The position numbers and the translations under genes were made by a program. A DNA stretch of 64,000 bases from Camelus ferus (taxonomy: Eukaryota): positions 115,632,001 to 115,696,000 of the forward strand of contig NC_045697.1 of the NCBI RefSeq assembly GCF_009834535.1, in the 5' to 3' direction. The number at the start of each line of letters is the position of its first letter. Positions within the stretch are counted from its first letter, which is position 1. The notes below the pieces were generated by a model, which was given only the letters and a program-made list of their open reading frames with translations, was not told where the DNA came from and did no database searches. Positions 62,301-64,000 of the stretch are shown piece after piece.

Positions 62301-63480
62301 TTTGCAGCTATGCCACAAATTTTGATAAGTTGTAGTTTCTTTTTAATTTAGTTCAAAATATTTAAAAATTTTTCTTCAGATGTTTTCCCTTGACTCATAT
62401 GTTACTCAGAAGTGAATTGTTCAAACTCCATGTAGTTTGAGATTTTCCAATTATCTTTCCATTGTTGATTTCTAGTTTAATTCCATTGTGGTCTGAAAGC
62501 AGATTTGTGTGATTTGTATTAAGTTTGTTAAGGTGTATTTTATGACCCAGGATGTCATCTATCTGGGTTACTATTCCATGTGAACTTGAGAAGAATGTGT
62601 ATTCTGCTGTTTCTGGATGAAACAGTCTATAAATGTCAGTTATATGCACTTGAGTTATGGTGTTACTGTGCTCAGCTATGTCTTTACTGATTTTCTAACT
62701 GTTGGTTCTATCCATTTATGATTGAGGGGTGTTGAAAGTCTCAAACTATGCTAGTAGAATCATCTATTTCTCTTTGCAATTTGATTTGTTTTTGCCTCAC
62801 CTAACTATGACGCTCTGTTCTTAGACATTAATGATTGTTACGTCTTCTTGAAGAACTATCTATCCCCTTTATCAGTATGTAATGCTTTTCTTTATTCCAG
62901 ATAATCCTCTTTACTTTGAGGTCTGCTTTGCCTGAAATTAACATAGCTCTTCCTGATTTCTTTCATTTAGTTTTATCATGGTATGTCTTCCTCCGTCCAT
63001 TTACTTTTAATCTATATGTATCTTTATATTTAAATTGGGTTTCTTGCAGACCATATATAGCTGGATCTTGTTTTTTGATCCACTCTGACAATCTGTGTCT
63101 TTTAATTGTTACATTTAGACCACTGGTGTGCAAAATGATTATTGATACAAGTGGATTAATTGCTACTGTTTTCTATTTATTGCCCTTGATCTTTATTCCC
63201 AGTTTTATCTTTCACTCTTTTTTGTGCCTTTTGTCATTTTAATTGAACATTTTTTATGATTCCTATTACTCTCCATTTTTAGCATATTGGTTGTATTTAT
63301 TTTTACTTTTTCTAGTGGTTGCCATAGAGTTTGCAACATGCAGTTACAGCTAATCCAAGTCCACTTCCAAATAACACCAGACCACTTCATGGGTAGTATG
63401 AGTACTTTGTAATCATAAAATAATCCTAATTTCTCCCTCCTGTCCTTGTATCATTTCTTTCATTTATTTCGCTTATATAT
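59395..63480 (-). mobile_element. Old L1 (L1MC1/2-like): degraded ORF2 and 3'UTR
   Basis: TTTTAGAGCCGTTTTAGGTTCACAGCAAA 3' end; ORF remnants IYRFSAVPIKIP and endonuclease DIYRLFHP...YTFFS...SDHNGIKLEI. Confidence 0.9.
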
Positions 63481-63669
63481 AAACACACATAAACATACAT
63501 TTTATTGATTTCATTAACTCACCAGCAATTATTAAGATAAAAATTAGCTCAGTCATTTTTAAAATGAGATTTAGAGATGCACATAATTAAGAATCACAAA
63601 TTAAATTTTCCATTGGGAAAAGAGTTTTCCTTATCATAAACCAGTCATCATCTACACAAAATTTATAAG

Positions 63670-64000
63670 ATTTTTTTTTTGAAGTACAGTTGATTTACAA
63701 TGTTGTGTTAGTTTCTGCTGTACAGATAGTCTGGTGATTCAGATATACATATATATATATTCTTTTCATATTCTTTTTGATTATAGGTTATTACAAGCTA
63801 TTGAATATAGTCCCCTGTGCTATACAGCAGGTCTTTGTTGTTTATCTATTTTATATACAGTAGTGTGTATCTGCTATTCTCAAACTCCCAATAAATCCTT
63901 TCTCCTCATTTCTCCTTTGGTAACCATAAGTGTGTTCTATATTTGAAAGTCTGTTTCTGTTGTGGAAATAAGTTAATCTGTGTCATTATTTTTAGATTCC
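63670..64000 (-). mobile_element. L1 3' end (runs off the window)
   Basis: Poly-T, GAAGTACAGTTGATTTACAATGTTGTGTTAG, CCCTGTGCTATACAGCAGG. Confidence 0.9.

Overview
Eukaryotic, AT-rich, repeat-rich mammalian DNA. It is most likely camelid (alpaca/llama/camel), judging from tRNA-Ala-derived Vic-1-type SINEs. I found no intact protein-coding gene; the supplied ORFs are repeat-derived or chance. The first ~8.2 kb appears to hold the decayed 3' part of a spliced gene on the + strand (four exon-like blocks with splice signals and a poly(A) signal), whose fragments weakly but collinearly resemble the C-terminal half of IQCM as I recall it (unverified). A 3.8-kb, internally deleted, two-LTR class I (HERV-H/F/W-like) provirus sits at 20013-23786. 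It has a tRNA-His primer site, four GACG-tetraloop packaging hairpins, two Gag zinc knuckles and a PBX/MEIS-motif-rich U3. Elsewhere there are many solo LTRs (one nested in another), old L1MC-type and young lineage-specific L1s (one with a twin-priming inversion), MIR/L2 relics, a MER2-type MITE, a perfect 33-bp-arm palindrome, a VNTR born inside an L1, and two CTCF-like motifs. Repeat family names are assigned from memory of consensus sequences, and boundaries of old repeats are approximate.
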